A stretch of DNA of 64,000 bases, taken from contig OX597821.1 of assembly GCA_951406725.2 (NCBI GenBank), positions 62,930,001-62,994,000 on the forward strand, read 5' to 3'. The stretch comes from Octopus vulgaris (taxonomy: Eukaryota). Position 1 is the first letter of the stretch. Each line of letters begins with the position of its first letter. Positions 49,607-64,000 of this stretch are shown here, piece after piece. The translations under genes and the position numbers were made by a program. The notes beneath the pieces are model-generated. The model was not told the DNA's origin and searched no databases. It saw nothing but the letters and a program-made list of their open reading frames with translations.

Positions 49607-51862
49607 TATGTATATTTTAAGCAAAAGTTATGCCCTGTGTCATAACATCATATATCCTCGCAGCATACAACAATTTCCTTGTGGTGGGCACATTATGAAG
49701 ACGTATATACCTTATGAACAACCCGTGAGAAGATTTTAGTGGAGTAATACATACACGGTAACATTTATTGTTCCAGGAATCTCAACTACTTGCAGCGGTA
49801 AAATAATTTGGATTACGCAGCTCTAGTATTTACAAAATTTATATTGGATAATTAGTTATGAACAAAATCCTCACACTAATAAGATCACACAAAAATAGTA
49901 TAATACTGTTGTAGTCCTATAATCTCTAAAATATAACATCCGCTTTCTCTTCTTGTTTATCACAATATCAGTGGCTAGATACCGGAAGTCGTTTTTTGTT
50001 TTACTGGGAAAACTTGTAAACAAAAGCATTCCACTTGAGGTCATTTTGTCTTTCTACACGTCATATGGGATCACATTACTTTATTTAAAACGATAGATTT
50101 TTGTTTTCTGAACAATTTGACTGCTATATCTAGCAGGCCAGGCAGCCAGGTAGACGTTCTCTAGTTGATACCTGATATATATAATGTTATTAAGAGAAGT
50201 ATCGGCATACACTTTGTTTATACAGTTGAAGGCATCTGATAAGTTGTTAGCTTAAAAGCAACGATAAGTGTTATGTAAATATTTGGATATGTATCCTTAG
50301 ACATGTGTATTTGTTATGCTTATCTCACACTGGTCCGTTATCATTGAGAAATTTTCATGAATGTGTTTATTAACTCAATTGCTATCAGTTTCCCGTTTTC
50401 CTTCTTTTCCACCTCTTCTTTCCATTATTGTTTCCGGCACGATATTTCACTTGAATGCTGATGTCTCTAACACTATTTTATGACAAGAGGGAAATCATTA
50501 TTGTAGCATTACGATTCACATTAAGTTATCAACACCATTATTTATGTTTATTAATTCAATGTATATTTAATTTAGTAGTGTCACTTCGGCTTTAGATTCG
50601 TAGTTAAATCAATTCTCCTTCATTTAGATCTCTATACTTCTTCGCCGTATAGAAACAAAAGTTACATTTCACACAATATATAAATCTCCTTGAAATCACT
50701 AGTGATTCTTGCCAATGACGGTGAAGTAGTTACAACAAACAAGGTGACTTTCAGAAAGTATGTAGACAGATTACCTTCATCGATGTTATACATTCAGCAT
50801 TTCAGTTCAAATTCACCATGCAACCACATTATTTTTTCAACCTTCCAAAAGAATGATGTGTTATAGAAAAAAATGGAATAAATATAACGGTGAAAATAAT
50901 TTGTTTAATTTTGTCGTTATGATGCTCAGGAATTACCTTTGCTATGCGAGAGCATCACTGAAATTTATGATGCTTTCTTCCTAAATATTATTAAAAACTT
51001 AATCACTTACATAAACAAATTAATGAATACAACAATGTGAATATTATTTTTACTAGACCGGTGTTAATTTCTCTAGTTCGGGTAACTTAAAAACATTCGT
51101 ATGCAACATATCAAACGTAAGTTGATTCTAGCTTTAGCAGAGTGATGCATATAAAATTATAAAGGCTAGAGACTATGGGAATGGATCCATTTGATTAACT
51201 TACTTTTTCTGAAAAAATACTATTATCTATTGAATTTTTGTCAATATTTTCAAAACAGAAAATAGCATTTGCATCACATTTGTATATTTATTTCCATATT
51301 ACAAATAGAGCTAATAAAAATAGACAATTTGATACAAGCATATATTTATATTTATGACTTCATCCCTCTTCTGTTAACTAAATCGCTAACAGTATTTCTA
51401 AAGAAGATTTTGCATTTTATATTTGAGCATATAAAGTATCAAAGATGTTATGTCAGGATACTGCAAATCCCACTGCCTTCAAGCTAGTTATGCTGAGTTA
51501 TTAACGAAATTCAGAATGACGCAATTGAGAAGGAATTATGAAATAATCTATAAAATTTCGTTTATAGAGTTTATTCTGTCTTATAAAACACACTTCTGAA
51601 ATATGATTAAATTCATCATGCATTTATGAAGAAATGTCTCGAAATAATTTGATCAGTCCGAGTTTTCTCGGGTAGCTTGCTCTGTCAAATAGTCAATGGG
51701 GATGCTTAAAATGTACAGGAATCTCATTTTGGTAATGCAATCCATTAGTATACTTTAGCGAGCTGATTTTCCCAGGATGAGAGATACAATGGCAAATACT
51801 TACAAACGAGAATACAAACAGGTATATTTTTCTAACAGTTATATTTTATTCAAACACTCACA

Positions 51863-51907
<45 letters not shown>

Positions 51908-52049
51908 TTATTCATATATATTTCATTTGATATTTGTACGTAATTCTTTTCGTAGGTTACACGGTTGCAACAAATCAGTTACTTGTTCGCACAGGAACAT
52001 GATTAATGATTGTTAAACTGTTATGCAATTTCTTGCAGAATAATCGGCA

Positions 52050-52288
52050 CAAAAGGATTTGCTTACATTGATCAAATGCTTGTGCTGTACATTTTGCTCA
52101 TTCCCTCCATTAAATTGACGTTGATTGAACCGGTGCATAGTGTACGATATGTCCGGTGTGGAAATGATCGCAGAAAAATGTGAAATTAATTTTTTTTTTT
52201 GACAAAGACACTACATCGAGACCAGGAATTGAAATCTCGATCTGGAGATCATGGGTGCATCACACTAACTCCTAGGCCATGCATCCTT
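52050..52288 (-). mobile_element. Diverged tRNA-derived SINE
   Basis: Minus strand begins aaggatgcatggcctaggagttagtgtg ... gatttcaattcctggtc, similar to family C heads. Confidence 0.55.
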
Positions 52289-53279
52289 ACACTAATATCT
52301 ATATTAAATTAAAATATACCAGGCTATTATTGATTACTCCTGTGACATACTTTAAACATACCTTTAATAAGCGCTCATCAGACACACAAGCACACATAGA
52401 CATATATAAATCAAAACAGCTCTATATATTTACAAGCTTAGAGAAACAAGCAAACACACACGCTCTTACTCAGAGAAACAAGTAAACAGACAGACACAAG
52501 TGCACATAATGTAACGTATATTGTGTGTAAGTGGCACTAGAACACTTACACCCTTGTGTAAAGTAATGACGTAAAATTTCCCCTAAGCATCCATAGATTT
52601 TGCCAGAGGAAACAGACAACCAAGCTTAAATTTAAATCTTAATAAGTCAAAGCATATTTTATAATGGAGTCCTAAATACATAATTCTATGCAATAGTGTC
52701 TGGTCTAGAATAGAAAACCTACGATAGTATGCTTGCATACTCAAAACCGACAACCTTCCCATTGTCGAACTACGAGGTGGTGGAGAAAAGTTCTTGGCTT
52801 TGGGTAAGAGGAAATACAGAAGGATTATTTGATTATTAATTTCTTCAACATATTGCCCTCTAAGCTTGACACACTTATTACAAATGGAAGGGATTTTTGA
52901 AACAACAACGTAAGACTATGCGAATCGTCTGACTTTATCACAAAAGTATGAGAAAAAATATAGAGGATAGACAAAATGATTAAACATGATTCTTTTGAAG
53001 CAAATTCTTCCGTATTATACAAAGGAGCCTGAGCAAGATAGAACGCCATTTACACATTTTATGATGCGGAAACAAATGCAGGAATCGAATGAGTATTTGC
53101 TTGCGGAAAGAAATATGCGGAACTAGGTGCATATTTCTTTGTATTCATTCCAATATGATTGTTAGTATATGCATATGCAAAAGTGTTCATGTGCACACAA
53201 GGGATATTATGCAACAACGTATAGGAATATCTATACAGATTAAACTTGTAAGCTTTCACATACGTGCACATACATATAT

Positions 53280-53366
53280 GTGCTTGCGTTTCTGTGACTA
53301 CACATATACACACGCATATCATGTACATATATAGGTGTGCGCGGGTATGTATATGTGTGCATGTAC

Positions 53367-53412
<46 letters not shown>

Positions 53413-53470
53413 CACACACATACACATATTAATATAGATACACACATACAAACATACACACACACACGTA
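53280..53470. repeat. Compound (TA)n/(CA)n microsatellite
   Basis: Direct reading. Confidence 0.93.
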
Positions 53471-53859
53471 TTCAATGCTGCATTAAAATAAATTTTTCAT
53501 AAGTGGTATTTAAATAAAATGACATAGGGAATATGAAATATATCAAAGTGAATTGTTTCTAGATTGAAACACCGATATGGAATATTAAAATTATTCTTTT
53601 TATTGGTTCAGTAGAAATTAGATTTTAAGTACCCTGCACCATAATGCTTTGACGATATTGATCAAATCCGACAAAACATATTAACAGTTATTTTTAAAAT
53701 ATATTCCTTAACATTTAGATACATTGTTTTCTCTAAATAACAACGCAGATATGACATTTTACAGCATTCCATTTCCATTAATCTATAAGCTAAAATTTCG
53801 TATAAAAATTTCGTATAAAAAGATCTAAATGGCAAGTGGGACAAAAAGATCCGCATTCA

Positions 53860-53883
53860 TTATATATATATATACATACATAC

Positions 53884-53982
<99 letters not shown>

Positions 53983-54084
53983 GCATACGTACACGCGCGT
54001 GCACATATGCTCTTTCATCTTCTTTTACTTGTTTCAGTCAATTGACTGTAGCAGTGCTGGGACACCATGCTTATTTATATACGA

Positions 54085-54128
<44 letters not shown>

Positions 54129-54145
54129 ATATGTATATGTATATG

Positions 54146-54184
<39 letters not shown>

Positions 54185-54360
54185 GTATATGTATGTGTAT
54201 ATATGTATGTATGTATATGTATATGTATATATGTATATATATGTATGCATGTATGTATATATATATATATATCTTCGCCCGCATGCACATGTTATATATA
54301 CATACATGCATACATGTATAAATGTGTATATGTATATGTAGACATATACGTGTGTGCGTG
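53860..54360. repeat. Large compound (TA)n/(TATATG)n/(TATG)n array containing a family A SINE 3' tip (about 54010-54066, minus)
   Basis: Direct reading; cttttacttgtttcagtcaattgactg is the reverse complement of the family A tail. Confidence 0.92.
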
Positions 54361-54702
54361 CATTCCTGTATGGGCGCACGTATGCGGTCATGTGCTAGCA
54401 ATTGTTTACATAAATACATTCGAGTATTTATATGGATCTTTATATTCTCTGCATTTCTCCTCGTTGCTCCCTGTTCTTGTGGTATTGTGTGTGAGGGAGA
54501 ATAGTGCGTCAATGAGTGTACGCGCTTGCATTCTGGTGTGTATGAATGTATGTGTAAATTATTTCACAACAAATAACTCTTGCACCACACACGATGCAAA
54601 GTTATCTACTACCTGCATAGAAAGAATAGATTGGGTTACACTTGCGAAATATTTCTTGCTCTCTGCCTTTCTATCTTTTTGTATCTCAGTTTCATATAAC
54701 TA

Positions 54703-54783
54703 TCTCTCTGTCTCACCCTCTCTTTTTCACTTTCCCCTTCTCTCTCCCCCTCCTCTTGCCCTCTTTCTCTCTCTCTCTCTCTC
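54703..54783. repeat. CT-rich polypyrimidine / (CT)n tract
   Basis: Direct reading. Confidence 0.85.
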
Positions 54784-55329
54784 ATGCTTACTACATTTTA
54801 TTTGTAGTAGCTCCTGTGTACTTGATTTAGGCTGCCCATAATTGTGTATGATTTTATATGTATATATGTATGTATTTACGTGTACATAACTAAATGTGCA
54901 TTCTTCTCATTGAACTGTATTGTGTGACCATATAAGATATAGCAAAAACCTTATTCTTCCCTTTTTAAAAAAATTAATTTTCCCAAACTAATTTGTCAGA
55001 AAAGTGACTTCGACACCCCAGTTGAACTTGCTTACGAAAACACTTTGTGAGAGTGCAATATGAATTGGATGGAGCCACTACAGTTATATTCATGAGAAAT
55101 ATTCAGGATTGATCTGACTGTTTGTTGTTCTAACCAGTAGAAAAATAGGTATAAGATTGTCTGAATCCCAGACGAAACGATAGAGTCAAAACAGTGCTGT
55201 TCAGCGAGCTATTAGTAGTTGCTTTTGATAAGCTCGTTGTTGCCAATCGTTAGATTTAGAATATGTTCTACAGACCTACGGCGATATTTTTCAGGACATG
55301 ACCGGTCAAGTTTTTTATACTTATTTATA

Positions 55330-55696
55330 GGCGCTGGAGTGGCTGTGTGGTAAGAAGCTTGCTTCCCAACCACATGGTTCTTGGTTCAGTACCACTGCGT
55401 GGCACCTTGGGCAAATGTCTTCTACTATACCCTCGGGCTGGTCAAAGCCTTGTGAGTGGACTTGGTAGGCGCACGTGTATGTGTATTTGCGTGTCTGAGT
55501 TTGGCTCCCCCACCATTGCTTGACAAATGATGTTGGTGTGTTTACGTCCCCGTAACTTAGTGTTCCGGCAAAAGTGACCGATAGAATAAGTACTAGGATT
55601 ACTATGAATAAGTCCCGGGGTAAATTTGCTCGACAGAAGACGGTGCTCCAGCATGGTCACAGTCAAATGGCTGAAACAAACAAAAGAATAAAAGAA
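55330..55696 (+). mobile_element. tRNA-derived SINE (family A), full length
   Basis: Head ggcgctggagtggctgtgtggtaagaagcttgcttcccaaccacatggttc with A/B-box-like motifs; tail ctgaaacaaacaaaagaataaaagaa. Confidence 0.93.
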
Positions 55697-56639
55697 TTCA
55701 TTTAGTTATTTACTAAGCCGTCGTGTCAGGAGCTAAATTAGTTTAACTGACTTAGTTTATATTTTTATGATTTTAGCATTACTTTGAGAGTAATTTGCTA
55801 TTTCTTGCAGGTCAAGTGAATATATAGCAAATCCTTTGATGCCTTAGGATAATGTACATCAAACCTATTTATACACATTATATCTATAGTTTCGGGAAAT
55901 AGTATATATAAGATTACTATGAAACAGACATTAGATGTTCTTTGGTGAAAAGTCATATATGTTCGGATAAACAAAACAGAAAATGCTAGTACTATCTTCC
56001 TACCGAGTACATTCATATATTCTGCACGCAAAATTGCAGCTGTCTCGGTATGAATTAGATATATGGAAGAAAACTTTTAAATAAAGTTGCTACACATGGC
56101 ATCAGCTTATGTCATTTTTATTGAATAAGAAGAAAACTAGCACATTAAGAAGAGTATATCAACACCCATGAAATAAAATCAATTCATGTATTAAGAAAAA
56201 TATAGAAATTTTCGTTATAAACAAAACCCATCGCACATGCAAATTATAAAACGTAATGTATCTGACGTTTTATTAAAATAAGGCAGTATGATAACGTTAT
56301 AGATGTATGCAATCCGAATAATATACATTTAAAATGCAATTTCATTAAAGTCTGTCATGCATGTAATTTTGTTAAATCATGCAAGTTAAATCACCTTGCA
56401 ACCACTAATTTACGTAAAATAAATTCTTCTTATTCATCATTGATATCTATATGCATTGTACGATTTATAGAAAATTAGACATTATTCATATTTCCGTAAA
56501 TGGTTATGTATAAAAATAGCGGTTTTCCCCAGAATGGCCATAGCGTTTGAAAATAAAGGAGATATGCTCAATTATTCATGCCGCATATCAAACCCATTAA
56601 CGCGCGCAAACATGTATATGAATACGTATGTATGAATAT

Positions 56640-56870
<231 letters not shown>

Positions 56871-57084
56871 TAAGAGAAAATAATTTTGATGTATTTTGAA
56901 AAATAGAGGCGGAGAATTTTATATATATATATATTGTAGATAATATGTAAAGATTATCATCTTACATAATCACACGATCAATTTGTTTAGGTTTATTCGA
57001 TCATGATAAGCTCGGGGTTAAACAATATATTTCGATTCACATTTTACTAGCTACGAAAATGAAAATACACGCATAATTATCCAT

Positions 57085-57294
57085 TCAATTCTAGGCACAA
57101 GGCTTGATGTTTTTAGGGAGGTAGCTAGTGGATAACATCGACCCCTAGTGTTCGACTGTTACTTATGTTATTGACTCCGAAGGGAGGAAATGAAAACATG
57201 ACATTAGCGGAATTTCAACTCCGAACTCAAAGCCGGACGACATGCCACGAATCATTTTGTCCGACGTGCACACGATTCTCCTAATTCGCCCCCT
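57085..57294 (-). mobile_element. SINE (family B variant), diverged full length
   Basis: ctaggcacaaggc tail and attctcctaattcgccccct head read on the minus strand; matches the head and second half of 42077-42477. Confidence 0.8.
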
Positions 57295-58693
57295 GAAATA
57301 TATGCATAATGATGCTAGCAAATACACACATATGAATGAAAAGACATTCAAACCTGTTATGATTTATTTTCCCTTTAATGGCAAAAGAGTTAGGAGAGGA
57401 ATTGGCAGTTTAGGTTTTACTTACTACTATTGAATAAAGCATAATTTAAATGGTAAATAATAATTTACGCTTGAATCCAGTTTATCTATATGAATTCGTT
57501 CTTTAAAAAGATGACCAGATATTTCACATTTAATATTGTTGTTGAGATGTTTTATGTGACTATGGATTTTGATCGCACCGTCTTCACATATAATTAATTG
57601 GATTTTCTAAACAATCTCTCAGTGCGGTTGCTTTACAATAGTTATATATTAAGGTCAAATTATAAGCCTGTCGTTTATGTTTATCATCGTAAATTAGACA
57701 TAAAACCACCAGTATAGATAAGCTGGTAACGCTGTAATAAGGCTTCCAATAATGATGGATCGAAGATAGGTTGTACTGATATATCGAAAAAAAAAAAGAA
57801 AGTAGAGAAAGAGAGAATAACAGAGAACCACTAATTAGATCTTAATATCTATGTATCTCAGGCAAATCGTATATCATTTTAAATGAGGTTTTTCATATTC
57901 ATGATAATTCCCAGTAATATACTATCATATAAGTGGTCTGAATGATAAGAGATCTCTGAACCTCCGAATAAAAATCCTCAACCCTATGTAAGTATTATAG
58001 ATAAGAGTGATACTTTCTTTCAATTTACAACAGATTTAATGACAAGAATATTGAATTTCCTGCACTCTATTAATTAACAAGATGTTTAATCAAAATAACA
58101 TTTTGGAATCCGTATGACAATAAGTGATATGTATCGATCTTTATATGTCTTCAAATAATTATCAAGCAAGCTAGGAATTAAATTCACTTATATTGATATT
58201 TTAAAACTATCGAAGAAATAAGTGATAACCTGTATCAAGTATATTTGATTCCTGTATCTATTGTTGCTGTTAACGTTTAATACCATTTCAAGGCGGGCGC
58301 GAGATTTTAACCGAAAACATTCCGGATTTGATCATCTCGTCTTTATTTCGTGCGCGTTTATATGGAAGATAGTAATCAATGTGCCATACCTTTATGAAGC
58401 CATTGGTTGTTATCTGTAGAAAATTTCACGTTTGTTCACTGCAACCTTAGAAGCTATGTAAAATGCACATGGCATTCTGGAAATGTTATTGCGACATGGT
58501 TTGTATGGTCGTGTGTTGAAATAATCGACAGGGCGGCCGGTTTTATCTTTGTGAAATGCTTTTCATTTTAAGTTGATCAATTCAACTAAGCAGAAATGAC
58601 AACCAACTAGTTAATGGAAAAGACGTTTCTCCCTGCATTTTCATATCCAGGAATAGCCGCTGAGGCAAAATTGACTGGTCGAGGAGGTATCTA

Positions 58694-59613
58694 CGAGGTG
58701 CATTCAAAAGGTATCCGACCTTTGGGCATTAAAAAAAAAATCACAACATTTATTTAACCACCTTCAGAATACTCCGCTTGCGAGTTCTCAGACTTCTTCC
58801 AGTGGTTCTACCGATGCTGGTAACATCTCTGGAACGGCTTCTTATGCCATTGAACTCCGCCTTTGCTTTTCTCCTAACTTCTTCTCGCGACTCAAATCGT
58901 ATCTTTTCAGCGTAGTTTTCAATTTCAAGAGGAGTCAGGAGTCACATGGTCCCAATTTGGGAGAGAAGGAGCCTATCAAACAAGTGATATTGTTCTCAAC
59001 CGGAAAAAGGCTTGGATTACGAGATGCGTTCAGAATTATCCGACTTTATCTTTTCGCCGACACTCTACGTTTGCACAAATCCTCCTAATGGAATGCACAG
59101 ATCCAGTTTTTAATTTCATTTAGTGAACAATTTCCTGGATTATTACACGACTGTCTTCCATTGAATATTTTCCGACTCTTCTCAATCGGCTCCTAGTTTC
59201 GGCTTCTATATAGCCTGCCTAAGTGTGCCTCGTCTTCCATTAAAGTGCGACCATGTTTGAAATGGTTCTGTCACTTCTTGATCTGGGTTTGCCCCATGGC
59301 ACACCGGCAAAACCCTGCAGAATCTTCATTATGATTTGACTTTGATTATCATCAAGCTTTTGAAACAATTTTATGCAATGTCTCTCTTCGATGTACTCGG
59401 TGATATTGCGTTAAAGAGAAAACCCGACAAACGCGCACCACACGTCTGTATTCTAAACGTAACAAATGGAATCGGGCGCTGCCTACCGCTGCGAAAATTT
59501 TCACGCATGTGCCGCAGGAAGGGTGGCTTCACCTCCCACTCAAAGGATTTTGCTCATACGGCATTAGTTTTGGCGGGAAAAAATAAAGCCAGATTCATTT
59601 TCAATGAACATCA
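58694..59613 (-). mobile_element. Internally deleted, decayed mariner (Tc1/mariner) transposon with TA duplication
   Basis: TA|cgaggtgcattcaaaaggtatccgacctt on the left, imperfect inverted copy ending at 59613|TA. Minus-strand translation gives EERHCIKLFQKL ... AMGQTQIKK*QNHFKHGRTLMEDEAHLGR (HTH), PSLPNLGPCDS*LLLKLKTTLK (degenerate YSPDLAPCD) and FQRCYQHR*NHWKKSENSQAEYSEGG* (C-terminus). At 920 bp it is shorter than the usual 1.3 kb. Confidence 0.9.
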
Positions 59614-60805
59614 TATATCTATTCGCTAACAAATCTGCATCTAAAGCGAATTTATTAGCTGCTGACGAATTATACTCACTTGTGATCGGCACGTAATTGT
59701 ACTGTTGCAGTTCTATGATTGTTTATGTACTAGTTATTAGATCTACCGGTAATTCAAGAAAAATATAGAGTATCTCTGTAAATAAGTTCAAGGCCCGAAA
59801 AACAATGAACCAATATTATGATAAATTAAATTAATACATTTACAAAATTTTTTGAAAGATTAAAATTTTACTAAATCAATAGAAAGCTATGAAAATGCAA
59901 TAATCTTTAGCGAAATTGTAAAGAAGCTAATCGATGCATATGATCGATAATTGTCAATTATCAAAAATACAACAAATATTATACTATTGTCTTAGTACTT
60001 TGATTCCATTCGTGTCAGTAAACATTTTAATTTCCATAATGAAATAATATTTACTTTCGACAAAAATGGATTTTAAGTTTTGTACAAGCATTCTTGTAAT
60101 AAAAAGTTCGTAACACTCCATTATACTTGGTCCCTCTTTATATGTTCTATTACAAATATAATAGAGACTCGGATCAATTGAATGATTAGATCATTTATAT
60201 TTGTTTCCTTCAAAATAACGTACAACTACGAGATTCTTTTTGTAATTCTTCAGAACGTCATGTAATATTAAATATAGCGATTTAACTGTGAACGATCAAA
60301 TTGGGCAATATCCACATTTTTATCGTGCTAATAAGAAAACCGTATGCATCAGAAATTATACAATAAACTAAATTTTTATCTCGTTCAGGTATCGAGCACA
60401 GATTTCGATTAGGGAACAACTCAGATTATACTGGAAGCATATGGCTTTCAATATATTTTAAATGCTAGCTTTATTTGACTTATATGTATTATCCCGTCAT
60501 GAATGCAATCACATGTGTTTGTCTCTATCATATGCTGAAACATAATAAGTTATGACGTCAAATTAATTGATAATGATTTATTGCGATGTCAATAAATTTG
60601 TTTCGATTGCCCCCCATATAAATATTGTGCAACCATCTTTGATATAATGCATGATAATAAGAAAATGACTGGCATAATAATTTGACATTCTCAGTCAGCG
60701 TACTTGAAAAATAATGATAATTTTGTTGTTATATTCTTGAAATATACAGTAGTAAATACGAGAAGATGGAGAAAATTAAAGCAACCGCCCCATCGGCTGC
60801 CTATA

Positions 60806-61220
60806 GGCGTAGGAGTTGTTGTGTGGTAAGTAGCTTGCTTTCCGACCACATAGTTCCGTGTTCAGTCCCACTGTCTGGCATCTTGCGCAACTGTCTTCTA
60901 CTTTAGCCTCGTGCCGACCAAAGCCATAGTGGGTGGATATGGTAGAGGGAAACTGAAAGAAACCTGTCGTATATACGTGTGTGTGTGTGTGTGTGTGTGC
61001 GTATACTTGTGTATCTGTTTTTTGTCACCCCTACCATCACTTGACAACCGATGTTGATGTATTTAGGTCCCCGTAACTTAGTTGCTCGGCAAAAGTGAAC
61101 GATAGAATAAGTAATAGGCTTACAAAGAATAAATCCTGTGGTTCGACTTGTTCGACTAAAAAGGCGGTGCTCCAGCATGGCCGCACTCAAAAGACCGAAA
61201 CAAATAAAAGAATGAAAGAA
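60806..61220 (+). mobile_element. tRNA-derived SINE (family A), full length with internal (TG)n
   Basis: ggcgtaggagttgttgtgtggtaagtagcttgc head, gaaacctgtcgtatatac-(GT)n centre, gaaacaaataaaagaatgaaagaa tail. Confidence 0.93.
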
Positions 61221-61879
61221 CACATTGTATTTATTATTACATACATATGCTCACAAAATGTTGATCCGTGAAACTTTAGCCTTTGTGAGGCAAAATTTCG
61301 CGATTAAATGTGCTACAGTGATGATCAATATGTAGGCTTAAATGAACCAAGTAAGTCCGAGATTCATTCGCCGATTAGTTTCTTTACTATGTAAGACAGC
61401 ACTGCGAAATCTGTGAGGCATTTGGGAGATGACTCTAACATACCAGGGAATCACATAGTAAGATCTCATTGGATCATTTTATATGTGGAAAATTTAAAGT
61501 TTAATTGGTAAAACAAAAAATAAAACAGGTTGAGGCCAATTAGAAAATGAAACTGTTTGAGAGAAATGTATTATTATAGTGTTTTTTTTTTAGTAAGGGC
61601 GTGTCTGTATGTGTGAGCGCGCGTGTGTGCATGTGTGTGTGTGATTATATGTATGTTTACCTATATAAGTATTTCTGTGTTTCTGTGTATATGTCTGCAT
61701 ATAAATTCTACAATGCTATTATAAAGGAGAATTTTACAGTAATATTAACAACTATAAAAATTACAGTTAGAAATATTTGCAAAAATTATCCTGATGATGC
61801 TTTTCCATATTATTATAGTATTTATTTTTTCTTGAATTAAGAGAAACATTTATTTTTTCAAGTAAATTACTGCGCAAAA

Positions 61880-62690
61880 CATAGTGGATCTCATTCAATT
61901 CAGGAAAATGCTGAAAAACACTGTATGCTCTCTCCAGCGCTTTTCAGCATCTTCCTGAGAAACATCATGCAGGAAACACATGAAGAACTCCACACACCTG
62001 TTTCACCTGGAGAAATTCCAGTTCCAGCCTGCGTTTTGCTAATGATATAGACCTGTTAGGAAGAAATGAAGCAGTTGTACAGGAGCTCACTGCCCGTTTC
62101 CGGAGCATACGGGATCGAAATAGACTCAGAATAGAGCAAGATCCTGTTTAATAGTAACAGCAAGGTTCCAATTTGACCAAGGACGGCAGATCACAAAAGA
62201 AAACTCAGTTTAGCCTCTGCCGCCACGAAGAAGCTGAACACATGGGAAAGCAATTCCATTGGTTTTCCAACAAGACTCAGAGTGTACAAGACCCTGATAA
62301 ATCTGACCCTTCTCTTTGGGTGTGAGAGTTGTACTCTTACAGTTGAGATGGAGTGACAAATGCAGGTATTTGAGGATAAGTGTTTTAGAAGGCTAATACA
62401 CATCCCGTACAAAGGGCACAAAACGAACAGCTTTGTCAGACAGAAAGTCACCAAAGATGCTGGTAGACAGGAACCACACCTGATAAGCTCAGGTAACCCA
62501 CCACAACTCCATGCCTAAAACCAATCTTCAGGCCAGTTACTGAAGGGCGCCAGAGAGGATGATAGAGAAAATCTTGGTTTTACAACATCAAGGACTGGAC
62601 TCATGACAGAAAACAGAGTGCAGTTGCCACGACTGACTTTGAAAGCATAAAAGAGTGATTCTTGGGTATAATGATTTGATGACGACAAAG
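61880..62690 (+). mobile_element. 5'-truncated, decayed RTE-clade LINE (RT and C-terminal region)
   Basis: Translation across frameshifts: HCMLSPALFSIFLRNIMQE ... LRFANDIDLLG ... GAYGIEI ... YKTLINLTLLFGCESCTL ... QVFEDKCFRRLIHIPYKGHKTNSFVR ... RKSWFYNIKDWT. These correspond to the RTE motifs QGC.LSP.LF, LRFADD, YGCE.WTL and W.D.IK.WT. Confidence 0.92.
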
Positions 62691-62937
62691 GTGAGGTGAA
62701 AGTGGATGCGAAGAGTTTGAGAGAAAACAGTGCACACTTGAAAGTTTACAAAGTGGTTTCGATAGCTGCATAAACGATGCAGCTATTTTACCGTTTGTGA
62801 TAGAGATTATGCTGAGTAGTTCTTATGTATTGAGATAGGGATAATCTAATATCATGTGCGAGCAGAACAACATTTCTCAATTAATAAAAATGTTATTTCC
62901 AGTTTTATAATTATTTCGGTGCGTTTTTTCTCATTCG

Positions 62938-63032
62938 TATGTGTGTGTATGTGTCTACTTATACACACACACACACACACATAAGGCACACAACACATAC
63001 ACGCATATATATTCATATATATGTATACAGAA

Positions 63033-63072
<40 letters not shown>
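62938..63072. repeat. Compound microsatellite
   Basis: Direct reading. Confidence 0.93.
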
Positions 63073-63077
<5 letters not shown>

Positions 63078-63078
63078 A

Positions 63079-63418
63079 GGCGCAAGGCTCAGTGGTTAGA
63101 GCGTCGAGCTTACGATCGTGAGGTTGTGAGCTCGAATCCCGGACCGGGCTGGGTGTTGTGTTCTTGAGCAAGGCACTTTATTTCACGTTACTCCAGTTCA
63201 CTCAGCTGTAGAAATGAGTTGCGACGTCACTGGTGCCAAGCTGTATCGGCCTTTGTCTTTCCCTTGGATAACACTGGTGGCGTGGAGAGGGGAGGCTGGT
63301 ATGCATGGGCGACTGCTGGTCTTCCATAAACAACCTTGCCCAGACTTGTGTCTAGGAGGGTAACTTTCTAGGTGCAATCCCATGGTCATTCATGACCGAA
63401 GGGGGTCTTTACCCCTTT
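63079..63418 (+). mobile_element. tRNA-derived CORE-like SINE (family C, tail type 2), flanked by (TA)n
   Basis: ggctcagtggttagagcg (A-box-like), gagctcgaatccc (B-box-like), CORE-like block ending gaaatgagt, distinct tail ending gaagggggtctttaccccttt. Confidence 0.92.
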
Positions 63419-63650
63419 ATATATATATATATATATAAATATATATAGGTGTATATATATATATATATGTGTGTGTATATATATGTATGTATATATATGT
63501 ATATATATATATGTATATATATATGTATATATATATGTATGTATGTATATATGTATGTATGTATGTATGTATGTGTATATGTATGTGTGTATGTATATGG
63601 ATATATACTTAAGTGCATACATATACATAGACGCATAGTATACTTACACA
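63418..63650. repeat. Compound (TA)n/(TATG)n microsatellite
   Basis: Direct reading. Confidence 0.95.
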
Positions 63651-64000
63651 CGCATGGTTATAACATATGACTTGTTTCTGTTTCGTTTCTGAATTACATA
63701 TTCTCTTTAAATTATTGTTATATTCAAGTTATTCGTGTGAATTACAAAAATGTGCAAAGCTAAAGTTAAGAAGTCTCTAAGAGTTGCAGAAAAAGATTTA
63801 TTACCGTATATTATTGTTCCAGAGGTATTTTTCCGATAAATTTGATTATTTGTGAATTATTTTATTTTATCTTTATTTAAGATGATAAATAATCACCTGA
63901 TTTTAAAATTTCAGACGATTTTAAATGTTTATTACTTTACAGTGATAAATATGTCGTCGAGTATTTCAGATCTATTTAATTGCAAGAAAAAAAAAACCTA

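Noticed and set aside
55159-55190. Hairpin gtctg-aatcc-cagac followed by GAAAC...GTC
   Set aside because: No CUGANGA upstream of the hairpin and no stem I.
61319-61350. Candidate microexon ending in a strong GTAAGT donor (DDQYVGLNEP frame)
   Set aside because: Poor polypyrimidine tract, 32 nt, no homology visible.
63079-63155. tRNA-like sequence (also at 21898, 55330 and 60806)
   Set aside because: These are SINE heads that continue into SINE bodies; no complete cloverleaf or Pol III terminator at the expected position.

Overview
Eukaryotic, very AT-rich, gene-poor DNA packed with (TA)n/(CA)n/(TG)n microsatellites and tRNA-derived SINEs. The repeat landscape looks like an octopus (coleoid cephalopod) genome; this is an inference from recognising the repeats, not a database result. 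Nearly all supplied ORFs ([18 protein letters not shown]) are microsatellite artefacts. The only well-supported host coding sequence is one 180-nt, phase 1-1 exon (23043-23222, +) encoding a complete Sushi/CCP domain, so the window is probably mostly two very large introns of one extracellular or cell-surface protein gene. Decayed mobile elements include a Penelope-like retroelement (RT end plus GIY-YIG), an RTE LINE, a CR1/L2/Jockey-type RT remnant, an internally deleted mariner, a possible Helentron-type element and about 20 SINE copies from several families. The most interesting signal is a set of short, mutually unrelated cassettes sitting in or against microsatellites. Three carry minimal type I hammerhead-ribozyme-like motifs (5975-6026 +, 10759-10796 -, 40050-40094 +), each with some deviation from consensus, and another forms a near-perfect 190-bp palindrome (4621-4810). 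Repeat boundaries were read by eye and are approximate unless stated.
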